Assembly (NCBI GenBank): GCA_012270865.1
Contig: JAAXHL010000014.1
Location: 26,860 to 90,859, forward strand
From: Candidatus Poribacteria bacterium
Lineage (GTDB): Bacteria > Poribacteria > WGA-4E > WGA-3G
Direction: 5' to 3'
DNA: 64,000 nucleotides
The notes beneath the pieces were generated by a model, which was not told where the DNA came from, made no database searches, and was given only the letters and a program-made list of their open reading frames with translations. This document shows positions 52,918 to 61,986 of this stretch, piece by piece. Within the stretch, counting starts at the first letter, position 1. Each line of letters opens with the position of its first letter. Both the position numbers and the translations under genes were made by a program.

Positions 52918-54855
52918 ATGAAAGACCCGAGCAAGTCATTAGGCGTTAATTTGCAAACGCATAAAACGCAAAGCACTGCTGAACAGACGATGGAGCGGCT
53001 GATCTTCAGTCTATCCGAGTTGGAAAATTTGGGGCAAACATTAATCTCAGGACATACGAATTTCAATCATTCAAGCAAAACTTATCTCCGTATCACGCTC
53101 GGTACCTTGCAAATTCGACGCGGCGCAATACTGCGTTACCACTCGACGCAGCAAAACCTTGATGTCGTTGCAGTAACACCTGATGAGGTATTCCCGTCAA
53201 TCCCTGTTGAACCGGACGAGCTCACCGCTTTGCTACAACACGCATTCATCGAAAACGCCGCGCCACCCGACCCGCTTAAGCAATTCTTTGATCGGAGTGC
53301 CAAACTTGCCGAGATAATAGATATACATCTCTGGGTTCCCCTAAAAATTCAAGACGAATTTTTAGGGATGATTGGTCTCGGTAAATTCTTGGCGAGAGAT
53401 ACGTTAGAGGCATGGGAAAAGGAGTTACTGACGACGCTCGCACACCAAATATCGATTGCGATTGCATACTCGCAGATGGTCGAAGGTATTCAAAGCGAAA
53501 AGTTCCGCCTATTTATGCTGGCAGAGAGTGCACCGCAGATTTGCCAACTTCTGCAACCTGAAGAAGCAGCGGAACAGGTCGTGCAACAAGCCGTCTCGCT
53601 CCTTGATGCAAACGTCGGTGCCCTAATGCTCACGAACACCGATCAACAAGAACTTGAGATGCACTATGCGTTTCCTGAAACCTTGCTCGAACAGACGACA
53701 GATTCAGACAGCGCGAATGGACACCTCATTCCGTACAGCGAAGAGGCACCTGTCTCCGAAGCTTTGACCTCCGTAGATATGCTGAAATCTGTAGTTACGG
53801 AAGGTCTCCCGGGACACTGTCCACCGGAGTCTGATACATTCTTCGGGGGCAGGAACTTGATGGCTGTTCCGATTCCCGGACGCGATGGCGACATCTTAGG
53901 GATTGTTGTTGTTGGCGATAAAGAGGAACGCGGTGGTAGTATCACCGCCTTCACTGATGAAGATGTTATCTTGCTCGATTCTTTCGCGAAACAGGCAGGT
54001 GTCGCAATTGAGAACGCACGTCTGCATCAGGAAGCACTCGAAGCACGTCAACTCCAAGCTGAAATGGAAGAGGCACGCAAGATTCAAGTGAACCTTATTC
54101 CTGACATGCTCCCAGACATTCCGGGATACGAGGTCGCAGGACATTATGAACCGCGGGGACCCGTCGGCGGCGACTATTATGATTGTATCGCTTTACCTAC
54201 TGGACGTTGGGGGTTGGCGATTGCGGATGTCTCCGGAAAAGGGATGCAAGCCGCACTCCTCATGGCAACTTTACGCGCCGGCCTCATCTCCGAATTATCA
54301 CGCGTCCGAAACATAGATACAGAAGATATGGAGCAGGAAACAGCCACACATGAACCGTTGTATGCCGAAATCGCTGATATGGCTATGACGCTTAATTCGC
54401 TCCTTTATGCCAGTGGGACAGAGGAAAAATATGCCACGTTCTTCTACAGCCACCTTAATCCAGAAACCGACACACTTACAACGCTCAATGCAGGACACAA
54501 CCCGCCCTTGCTCGTTAGGAAAGATGGCACTTACAAGTGGTTAGGTGAAGATGTTGGCGGTATCCCGCTCGGAATGTTTCCAAACGATATGGTTACAAAC
54601 ATTGCCGAGTACGAAGCCGAACATGTTCAACTCATTAGCGGTGATGTCGTTGTATATTATACAGACGGTGTCACAGAAACTGTTAATGTAGAAGATGATT
54701 ATTACGAAGAAGAACGACTGGTCGAAGCATCTATAGCGTGTAAAGATGAAGATGCCGAGGGAATCCGATCATCACTTCATAAGGCAGTCATGGATTTTCA
54801 GGGTGAAGCAGACCAGTTTGATGATCTCACACTGCTTATTTTAAGAAAGACATAG
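52918..54855 (+). CDS. GAF-GAF-PP2C (SpoIIE/RsbU-type) phosphatase
   Basis: Two GAF-like regions. PP2C motifs GGDYYD, IADVSGKG and YTDGVTE. Confidence 0.85.
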   Translation: MKDPSKSLGVNLQTHKTQSTAEQTMERLIFSLSELENLGQTLISGHTNFNHSSKTYLRITLGTLQIRRGAILRYHSTQQNLDVVAVTPDEVFPSIPVEPDELTALLQHAFIENAAPPDPLKQFFDRSAKLAEIIDIHLWVPLKIQDEFLGMIGLGKFLARDTLEAWEKELLTTLAHQISIAIAYSQMVEGIQSEKFRLFMLAESAPQICQLLQPEEAAEQVVQQAVSLLDANVGALMLTNTDQQELEMHYAFPETLLEQTTDSDSANGHLIPYSEEAPVSEALTSVDMLKSVVTEGLPGHCPPESDTFFGGRNLMAVPIPGRDGDILGIVVVGDKEERGGSITAFTDEDVILLDSFAKQAGVAIENARLHQEALEARQLQAEMEEARKIQVNLIPDMLPDIPGYEVAGHYEPRGPVGGDYYDCIALPTGRWGLAIADVSGKGMQAALLMATLRAGLISELSRVRNIDTEDMEQETATHEPLYAEIADMAMTLNSLLYASGTEEKYATFFYSHLNPETDTLTTLNAGHNPPLLVRKDGTYKWLGEDVGGIPLGMFPNDMVTNIAEYEAEHVQLISGDVVVYYTDGVTETVNVEDDYYEEERLVEASIACKDEDAEGIRSSLHKAVMDFQGEADQFDDLTLLILRKT

Positions 54856-55007
54856 GAATGGTTAACAGTTAACAGTTAACAGTTAACAGTTACAAGAGGT
54901 TTTGGAGAGTAGGGGCTGGGTTACCCAGCCCTTACAAAAAACTGAAAGATTTTTTTCATAGAAAAAAATCGTACTGAAAACTGATAACTACTGATGAGAG
55001 GTTACAG
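54856..55007. repeat. heptad-periodic palindromic intergenic element
   Basis: gttaaca x4 plus gttacaa at 54861-54895. GC hairpin gggctgggttacccagccc. Module actgaaagatttttttcatagaaaaaaatcgtactgaaaactgataactact at 54941-54992. Confidence 0.85.
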
Positions 55008-55994
55008 ATGCAACAGAATACAGCAGTGGGGCGCGCGTTTTTAGACCCGACAATCCTTGCGCGAATCGGGAATCTTGAGTTAATTGCCAGATACGTCGTT
55101 GAAGGGTTTATCTCAGGGCTGCACAAGAGTCCATATCACGGATTTTCTGTCGAATTCTCACAATACCGTCAATATATGCCCGGAGACGACATGAAACATA
55201 TAGACTGGAAAGCCTACGCTCGTACCGACAGATACTATATTAAGCAGTTTGAGGAGGAGACGAACCTCAACTGTTACCTGCTCTTAGATACAAGCGAATC
55301 TATGATGCATCCAACAGATACGGAAACCGAGACAGAGGATACAAGCGTTTCCGAAGGGAATAGACCGAGACAACCGATACTTACAAAATTGAAATACGCA
55401 AGTTACCTCATCGCATCGCTCTCTTATTTTATGGCGAAGCAACGGGATGCTGTCGGGTTCGCCTATTTCGATGACACACTTCATCAGTACCTTCCAGCAC
55501 GCAGCAGTACATCACACTTACACTCAATCCTACTGACGCTGGAGACGCTACAGACAACAAAAAACACTCGGATGGGAACGCCGCTTCATCAGATCGCTGA
55601 ACGCCTTACGAAACGTGGATTGGTACTTTTCATCTCAGACCTGTACGACGAGAACCATGAGGAAGTCATTGCCGGATTGGAGCACCTACGTTATGAAGGA
55701 CACGAGGTCATCGTCTTTCATGTTCTTGCGAAACAGGAACTTGAGTTTAATGATTTTGAGAGGGGACGGAGTTCAGAAGCACTTATCCGTTTTATTGATG
55801 CCGAAAACGACGCTGAGATTATCACAACGCCACAAGCGATTCAAGAGAGTTATCTTAGCAACTTCAACACGTTTCTGGAGAACTATAGGCTCGCACTTCG
55901 GCAAGCGGATATTGATTACAACATAATAACAACAGCGACTCCGATTGATTTCGCACTCGCTTCTTACCTCGCCAAACGGCAAGGAATTTTTTAA
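55008..55994 (+). CDS. DUF58 (vWA-like, MoxR-associated) protein
   Basis: Motifs HKSPYHGFSVEFSQYRQYMPGDDMKHIDWKAYARTDRYYIKQFEEE and LLDTSESM. Confidence 0.85.
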   Translation: MQQNTAVGRAFLDPTILARIGNLELIARYVVEGFISGLHKSPYHGFSVEFSQYRQYMPGDDMKHIDWKAYARTDRYYIKQFEEETNLNCYLLLDTSESMMHPTDTETETEDTSVSEGNRPRQPILTKLKYASYLIASLSYFMAKQRDAVGFAYFDDTLHQYLPARSSTSHLHSILLTLETLQTTKNTRMGTPLHQIAERLTKRGLVLFISDLYDENHEEVIAGLEHLRYEGHEVIVFHVLAKQELEFNDFERGRSSEALIRFIDAENDAEIITTPQAIQESYLSNFNTFLENYRLALRQADIDYNIITTATPIDFALASYLAKRQGIF

Positions 55995-56102
55995 ATGGTT
56001 GTCAGTACTCAGTTAACAGTTAACAGTTAAAAGAGGTTTTCGATAGTTCCAAAGTCTCTTAACTGACAACTGAGTACTGTTAACTGATAACTACAAAAAA
56101 AC
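55995..56102. repeat. heptad-periodic palindromic intergenic element
   Basis: Arms 56004-56036 (cagtactcagttaacagttaacagttaaaagag) and 56056-56079 (ctcttaactgacaactgagtactg) are reverse complements apart from a one-heptad length difference. Confidence 0.85.
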
Positions 56103-58253
56103 ATGTTTGGATTAGGCGTTTTAGCCCCCTTATTTGCAGTGGCTGGTGTTATCGGTGCCTCGATTCCGATTATCCTCCATCTACTGAATAGAGAACGCGC
56201 AAGGCAGCTGATATTCAGTACCGTCCGTTTCATCCAGATGTCGCACCAGACGAACGTGAGACGGCACAAATTGAAACGGCTCCTGCTTCTGCTAATGCGT
56301 ATTCTGATGTTAGCACTGCTCGGTTTCGCGTTTGCACGTCCATTTTTCGCCGATTCACTCGCGGTTACACAGAAAACCGGGGGCAAACGCAACGCTGTTA
56401 TTATTCTCGATACGTCCTATAGTATGCAATATGCGGCGGTATTTGAGGATGCGAAAAAAGAGGCAGTCAAAATTTTAGACGGACTTGACGCAGCGGACGC
56501 TGCTTGCCTAATCCTTTCGTCCGATAATGCGCGTGTCGTCGCCCCCCTCGGTTCAGAATTTTCACACATTCGGACAGCATTGAATACAGCAGAAACTACG
56601 AACAATCAGACAGATTATTTGGACGCGCTCCAAAATGCCGATGAGATTCTTGCGGGTATTCCTATCGGTGAAAAACAGGTTTACCTCATTAGTGATATGC
56701 AAAAGCGTGGATGGGAGAACTTCATTGAGACAGATAAACTCAGTGCAGATATCCAAATCAATTTTGTTGATATCCATGTAGAGGAACCGCAGAACCTCGC
56801 GATTACAGGTATTAGTGTGCCGCCAGTTGTTTTGAAAGAACAGAAAGCCTCCCGTTTGGTCGCGCGTGTCCGTAATTTTGGAACCGAATCTGTCGAAAAT
56901 TTGCCGGTTCGCCTCTTTATAGATGATAATGTGATTGATACCGTCGAACTTGATATCGAAGCGGACGACCTTGCGGATGCTGTCTTCAACATTGAGTTTC
57001 AAGACGAAGCGACACATACAGGATGGGTTGAACTACCAGAAGACCGACTCCTTGTTGATAACAAACGGTATTTCACGTTGCAAAGCCTACAGTCGATTAA
57101 AGTCCATGCCGTTCGGGAAAGGGCACGCTCTGTAGGGACTGGGGTATCCAACCCTTACGACGAAACTTTTTTTATTAAAAAGGCGTTAGTCTCAGGCAGG
57201 AACACTGCTGCACGGATTGACTTTACTGAAACCTTCTCGGTGCCAAACGCGGCGACACTTGAACGCGCAGATGTTCTGATCCTTGCCGATGTCGCAGCAT
57301 TATCTTCTGCTGAAGCCGAACGCGTGAAGAACTTTGTCGCGAACGATGGCGGCTTGATTCTGACAGTCGGTGATAACATAGATACCGATACCTATAAACG
57401 GCACCTCGGCGGCGAGGATGGACTCATGCCTTGTGATTTTGTGCAAGCAGTCGGGGACGCATTCAATCGTGATCAATTTCGCGTCATCGCCACAGTACAG
57501 TACGAGCATCCGATTTTCACGCCTTTCAAGGAGCCGAATCACGGAGATTTCGGTAAAGCACGGTTTTACAGGCTCTTTCAAGCTGTCCCGACAAAAGATG
57601 CAACAGTGATCGCTTCCTACGATGACGGCAGCCCTGCTCTCTTTGAAAAACCTTACGGAAATCTTGGACGGGTACTCTGTTTTACCTCAACAATAGATAG
57701 AGAATGGAACGATTTACCGATTCGCGCCGTCTATCTACCATTTCTACATGAATCTATTAAGTATCTTGCCCTTAAAAGTGTGAACACAACACCAGATTAT
57801 CGTATCAACGATAGCGTTGAATTGAAAGTTTTCGACGATGAAGAGGTGTCCGATACTGTGAGACGCAAGGAGATCGCTATCTTCGATCCGAACAACATTG
57901 AAACACGCATGCAGCCCGATGAAAACGCGCCAGAAGGTTCTTCACGAAATAGCATCTTTTACACCGATACGTCGGTTCCAGGCATCTATTCCGCACATCT
58001 ATCTGGTGGAGATACACACTATTTCGTCGTCAATATTGACACATCGGAATCCGATCTTGCAGCACGTGATATAGAGGAACTGACGAGTATGTTGAAAGGT
58101 GCTGCGGAAGAATCGGTTGAGGAGAAACCGAGAGCAGAACTTGTAGCACAATACCGAGAAGATGTTGAGAAAAACCAAAATGCTTGGATGTATCTTATGT
58201 TAGTCGTTTTCGCATTGGCGGTAACAGAGATGTTTCTCGCCAACCGAGTTTAA
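56103..58253 (+). CDS. BatA-N-terminal-domain / vWA protein
   Basis: N-terminal double-TM with ...SIPIILHLLNR. MIDAS motif ILDTSYSM. C-terminal TM segment. 716 aa. Confidence 0.8.
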   Translation: MFGLGVLAPLFAVAGVIGASIPIILHLLNRERARQLIFSTVRFIQMSHQTNVRRHKLKRLLLLLMRILMLALLGFAFARPFFADSLAVTQKTGGKRNAVIILDTSYSMQYAAVFEDAKKEAVKILDGLDAADAACLILSSDNARVVAPLGSEFSHIRTALNTAETTNNQTDYLDALQNADEILAGIPIGEKQVYLISDMQKRGWENFIETDKLSADIQINFVDIHVEEPQNLAITGISVPPVVLKEQKASRLVARVRNFGTESVENLPVRLFIDDNVIDTVELDIEADDLADAVFNIEFQDEATHTGWVELPEDRLLVDNKRYFTLQSLQSIKVHAVRERARSVGTGVSNPYDETFFIKKALVSGRNTAARIDFTETFSVPNAATLERADVLILADVAALSSAEAERVKNFVANDGGLILTVGDNIDTDTYKRHLGGEDGLMPCDFVQAVGDAFNRDQFRVIATVQYEHPIFTPFKEPNHGDFGKARFYRLFQAVPTKDATVIASYDDGSPALFEKPYGNLGRVLCFTSTIDREWNDLPIRAVYLPFLHESIKYLALKSVNTTPDYRINDSVELKVFDDEEVSDTVRRKEIAIFDPNNIETRMQPDENAPEGSSRNSIFYTDTSVPGIYSAHLSGGDTHYFVVNIDTSESDLAARDIEELTSMLKGAAEESVEEKPRAELVAQYREDVEKNQNAWMYLMLVVFALAVTEMFLANRV

Positions 58254-58485
58254 TTATGATTGGTTAACAGTTAACAGTTAACGGTTAACAGTTAAGATGC
58301 TCGCAGTGAGAGTTTGTGGCAGTCCCGTTTGCTGTCCCCGCCACAAACAGTTTTCAGTTATCAGTTACAAGAGGCTTGAGATAATCCCAGGGGAAACACC
58401 CAAGCAAAACACATCTCTTTCTGATAACTGAAAGATTTTTCGCAGAAAAATCGTACTGAAAACTGATAACTACTAAGGAGAAACC
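58254..58485. repeat. heptad-periodic palindromic intergenic element (carries both internal modules)
   Basis: gttaaca-type heptads at 58263-58297. Hairpin module gtttgtggcagtcccgtttgctgtccccgccacaaac at 58312-58348. Module ctgataactgaaagatttttcgcagaaaaatcgtactgaaaactgataactact at 58431-58474. Confidence 0.85.
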
Positions 58486-59403
58486 GTGAACTTGGAAGCA
58501 AACGCATCCATTGAGGTGCCAAAAATTGTATCCGATGAACAGGTCCAGTTTTTTGTGGACAACGGCTATCTCGTTGTTCCCGACCTGCTTTCGATTGATG
58601 AAATAGAGGAACTACGGCAGGACACTGTCACACTTGCGAAAGGTGGACATCCGTGCGACAGCCTGAAACCGCTTCCTAACGATATTAGCGATGTTGAAGC
58701 CATCAGCCGTATCCTTTGCATCCATCAACCGCATTTCGTGAGTCCAATCATTGAGAAATATGTCAAGCACCCGAAGATCTGCGGCACCTTGAGCCAGATA
58801 ACAGCTGCGCACCTTCCACACTGGGATGGAAGTGTCAAGTGTATGCAGTCTATGCTCTTCGTAAAACCGCCGAATTTTCAGGGACAGGCGTGGCATCAGG
58901 ACGAAATTTACATTCCGACGCGCGACCGTTCCTTAATTGGCGCGTGGATAGCGATGGACGACGCTACCGTCGAAAATGGATGTCTCTGGGTTCTCCCGGG
59001 TTCACACCGCCGAGGTTATCTCTATCCCCAGAAATCACACGAGAACCCAGATGAATTTGATTTTGCGGAAGAGAGCTTCGGCTTTGATGACAGTGATGAG
59101 GTGCCGGTCGAAGTTAAAACAGGGACACTGGTTTTCTTCAACGGGTATCTACTACACCGCTCACGTAAGAACCGTGGCAGTACCTTCCGTCGGGTTTTAG
59201 TGAATCATTACTGTAACGCATGGTCGTTGTTACCTTGGTCCATCCGAGAAGGTGAACGTCCAGCGAGTGCTGATCGGCGATGCATTGTTCCGGTATCAGG
59301 TGTTGATCCTTACGCGTGGAAAGGTTATGACGCGCCGCCTAAAAACGTTTCGTTGCGTACCTGCAAAGCCGTCCAAGAAATGGAGGTATCAGATGGTAGT
59401 TGA
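58486..59403 (+). CDS. phytanoyl-CoA dioxygenase (PhyH) family oxygenase
   Basis: Motifs WHQDE (H-x-D) and a distal ...FFNGYLLHRSRKN. Confidence 0.8.
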   Translation: MNLEANASIEVPKIVSDEQVQFFVDNGYLVVPDLLSIDEIEELRQDTVTLAKGGHPCDSLKPLPNDISDVEAISRILCIHQPHFVSPIIEKYVKHPKICGTLSQITAAHLPHWDGSVKCMQSMLFVKPPNFQGQAWHQDEIYIPTRDRSLIGAWIAMDDATVENGCLWVLPGSHRRGYLYPQKSHENPDEFDFAEESFGFDDSDEVPVEVKTGTLVFFNGYLLHRSRKNRGSTFRRVLVNHYCNAWSLLPWSIREGERPASADRRCIVPVSGVDPYAWKGYDAPPKNVSLRTCKAVQEMEVSDGS

Positions 59404-59686
59404 TCCTTTCGACGCAGCCCGCGAGCCAAAACCGACCAGTGATAATCATGATAATCACGATGAATCACAAGAATCACAGGTCAAAATTGCGGAACTCAGA
59501 CGAACACTGGAGACGATGTTCGATCGGATTGCGGCTGGTGAAGATATATTAGAACAGTTGGATCGCATTAACGCTCTACATCAGCAGGTTGCACCAGCTG
59601 CCCCGAAAATGTTGTGTCATTATCTTGAACGTAAAAGTTATACGAAGGCATTAGACCTACTTAAAACAGTTAACAGTGGCCAGTGA
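59393..59686 (+). CDS. hypothetical 97-aa protein
   Basis: GGAGG lies 5-6 nt before ATG 59393. Overlaps the PhyH stop by 11 nt. Acidic N-terminus followed by helical ...KIAELRRTLETMFDRIAAGEDILEQL.... The longer ORF from 59252 overlaps PhyH in another frame. Confidence 0.45.
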   Translation: MVVDPFDAAREPKPTSDNHDNHDESQESQVKIAELRRTLETMFDRIAAGEDILEQLDRINALHQQVAPAAPKMLCHYLERKSYTKALDLLKTVNSGQ

Positions 59687-59782
59687 CCAGTTAAGAGGTT
59701 TCTTGTGGCAGTAACAGGAAAGGTAAACACCACAAGGTTTTAACTGGTAACTGGAAACTGGTTACTGATACAAAGGAGAAAG
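59687..59782. repeat. heptad-periodic palindromic intergenic element
   Basis: ccagttaagagg ... cttgtggcag..caccacaagg ... ttttaactggtaactggaaactggttactg. Confidence 0.7.
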
Positions 59783-60541
59783 ATGGCAAGAGAGGATGGA
59801 CGTCGGTCAGATGAAATGCGACCCGTGACGATCAAACGACATTATATCAAACACGCGGAGGGTTCAGTTCTCATAGCAACTGGAGATACGCACGTTATCT
59901 GTACTGCCTCCGTTATCGATTCGCAGCCGCGCTTTATGCGCGACCAACGTATTAAAGGTAAGGGTTGGGTAACCGCCGAATACTCTATGTTACCACGTTC
60001 TACTTCCGAACGGATGCAACGTGAGATTACGCGTGGTGCCCCGAGCGGCAGAACACAAGAGATACAACGTCTCATCGGACGTTCTCTACGCGCTGCCGTA
60101 GATTTACATGCTTTAGAAGAACAGACCATCTGGATCGATTGCGATGTCATACAAGCAGATGGCGGGACACGTACCGCAGCCATCACAGGCGCGTTCATCG
60201 CACTCTGGGACGCTTGCCAAGCACTCGTCAAACGTAAAAAGATCGAAAACTTCCCTATCACTGATAACATCGCTGCAACCAGTGTCGGACTCGTTGAAGG
60301 TGAAGCACTCTTAGATCTCTGCTATACCGAAGATTCAACGGCGGATGTCGATATGAATATCGTGATGACGGGCAGTGGACAGTTCATAGAAATACAAGGC
60401 ACAGCGGAGGAGAAGCCGTTTTCGCGGGACGATTACGATCAAATGTTAGACCTTGCTGTCGGCGGTATTACGCAACTTGTCCGACTACAGAACCGGCTGA
60501 TGTTGGAGAACTTAGATGAAGCTTGTACTAGCGACGCATAA
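59783..60541 (+). CDS. rph: ribonuclease PH
   Basis: Motifs [13 protein letters not shown], ...[11 protein letters not shown]... and [15 protein letters not shown]. Confidence 0.93.
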   Translation: MAREDGRRSDEMRPVTIKRHYIKHAEGSVLIATGDTHVICTASVIDSQPRFMRDQRIKGKGWVTAEYSMLPRSTSERMQREITRGAPSGRTQEIQRLIGRSLRAAVDLHALEEQTIWIDCDVIQADGGTRTAAITGAFIALWDACQALVKRKKIENFPITDNIAATSVGLVEGEALLDLCYTEDSTADVDMNIVMTGSGQFIEIQGTAEEKPFSRDDYDQMLDLAVGGITQLVRLQNRLMLENLDEACTSDA

Positions 60542-61154
60542 CCAAGGAAAAGTTCGAGAACTGACAAAGATGCTTCACAAACGCGCGGGGACCAGCGAAC
60601 CGATAGAAGTCATCTCTTTAGAGAACTACCCTAAAGCACCGGAAGTCGTGGAGGACAGACAGACGTATCTGGAAAATGCCGTCAAAAAAGCATCCGTTAT
60701 CGCAGAATATACAGGTCATCTAACGCTTGCCGACGATGCAGGGTTAGAAGTAGAAGCACTTAACGGTGCCCCAGGTATCCATTCTAAACGTTGGGCAGGG
60801 GACGACGCTACAGATGCAATCCGAATTGCGAAACTCCTGCAAGCACTCGATGGTATCCCTAATCGGCGTGCCCGCTTCGTCGCAGCGATCGCAGTTGTAC
60901 ATCCGGATTCTGATCCCTTGACCAAGAACGCGCGCACATTTTTAAACATCGGAAATCGCGTTCTTGGTCAAGGTGTCCTCGGGGTCTGTGAGGGACATAT
61001 CCTACATGCACCGAAAGGTGAAAGCGGGTTCGGGTACGATCCGATATTTGTGCCAGACGGTTACGAGCAAACTTTCGCGGAACTCGGAGAAAATATCAAA
61101 AACAAAATTAGTCACAGGGCAAAGGCGTTGCAACAAGCACTCGCCTTGCTTTAA
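60516..61154 (+). CDS. rdgB: non-canonical purine NTP pyrophosphatase (RdgB/HAM1)
   Basis: Motifs [16 protein letters not shown], ...[19 protein letters not shown]..., GFGYDPIF and [10 protein letters not shown]. Confidence 0.9.
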   Translation: MKLVLATHNQGKVRELTKMLHKRAGTSEPIEVISLENYPKAPEVVEDRQTYLENAVKKASVIAEYTGHLTLADDAGLEVEALNGAPGIHSKRWAGDDATDAIRIAKLLQALDGIPNRRARFVAAIAVVHPDSDPLTKNARTFLNIGNRVLGQGVLGVCEGHILHAPKGESGFGYDPIFVPDGYEQTFAELGENIKNKISHRAKALQQALALL

Positions 61155-61294
61155 TAGTTATTCAAAGTTATAAGTGGTAGGTTATAAGTGGTAGGTTAAG
61201 AGGGTCTTTGGGCTGATTATAGAATAAATGACGGCCACACGTTCTTAACTTATAACTTATAACTTATAACTTATAACCGTAAAAAAAGGATAAA
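61155..61294. repeat. heptad-periodic palindromic intergenic element (GTTATAA/CTTATAA variant)
   Basis: gttataagtggtag x2 at 61167-61194. cttataa x4 at 61249-61276. Confidence 0.85.
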
Positions 61295-61852
61295 ATGGCA
61301 TCACTTAACGATTTACGTAACGGGTTGGTTATCCGACTCAATGAAGCAGTTTATACCATAGTCGATTGTCAGCATGTTAAGCCTGGTAAGGGCAGCGCCT
61401 TCGCACGAACGAAGATCAAACGTGTCACGGATGGTGCCGTCTTAGACCGTACATTCCGCTCCAATGAGACTGTCGAAACCGTCAGACTTATGGATCACCG
61501 GATGCAGTATATGTACCGAGATAGCGATATTTTATGGTTTATGGACAACGAAACTTTTGAGCAACATTCACTTCCGCTGAACCTGCTTGAAGAAAACTTG
61601 AAGTTCCTTAAAGAGGGTGAAACAGTCACCGTCAAAATGGATGGGCAGCTGCCACTTGCGGTGGAACTCCCGAACTTCGTTGAACTTAAAATTGTTGAGA
61701 CCGATCCGGGATTACGCGGTGATACCGTCAGCGGCGGCTCCAAGCGCGCAACACTTGAGACGGGGGGCGTTGTTAACGTTCCACTCTTCGTTCAAAACGA
61801 AACCCTTATCAAAGTTGATACGCGGACCGGAAAATATGTAGAAAGGATATAA
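61295..61852 (+). CDS. efp: elongation factor P
   Basis: Motif ...VKPGKGSAFARTKIK..., 185 aa, three-domain length. Confidence 0.93.
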   Translation: MASLNDLRNGLVIRLNEAVYTIVDCQHVKPGKGSAFARTKIKRVTDGAVLDRTFRSNETVETVRLMDHRMQYMYRDSDILWFMDNETFEQHSLPLNLLEENLKFLKEGETVTVKMDGQLPLAVELPNFVELKIVETDPGLRGDTVSGGSKRATLETGGVVNVPLFVQNETLIKVDTRTGKYVERI

Positions 61853-61986
61853 TGGTTATTGGTTAACAGTTAACAGTACGGTTTTTCTACGAAAAACCTT
61901 TCAGTTATCAGTTTGTGGCGGGGACAGCAAACGGGACTGCCACAAGGGGACTGTTAACTGACAACTGACAACTATTAAAAACAGAA
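61853..61986. repeat. heptad-periodic palindromic intergenic element
   Basis: gttaaca x2 at 61862-61875. cagtacggtttttctacgaaaaacctttcagttatcag. Inverted copy of the 58312-58348 module at 61911-61946. ctgttaa ctgacaa ctgacaa ctattaa at 61951-61978. Confidence 0.85.

Noticed and set aside
59252-59392. Longer version of the small ORF (144 aa) overlapping the 3' end of PhyH.
   Set aside because: It overlaps the PhyH coding sequence out of frame for 140 nt. The internal ATG 59393 has its own RBS.
61167-61276. AT-rich GTTATAA/CTTATAA arrays as replication-origin iterons or DnaA-box cluster.
   Set aside because: They have the same heptad register and arm complementarity as the other intergenic palindromes. 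There are no DnaA boxes (TTATCCACA) and no dnaA/dnaN nearby.
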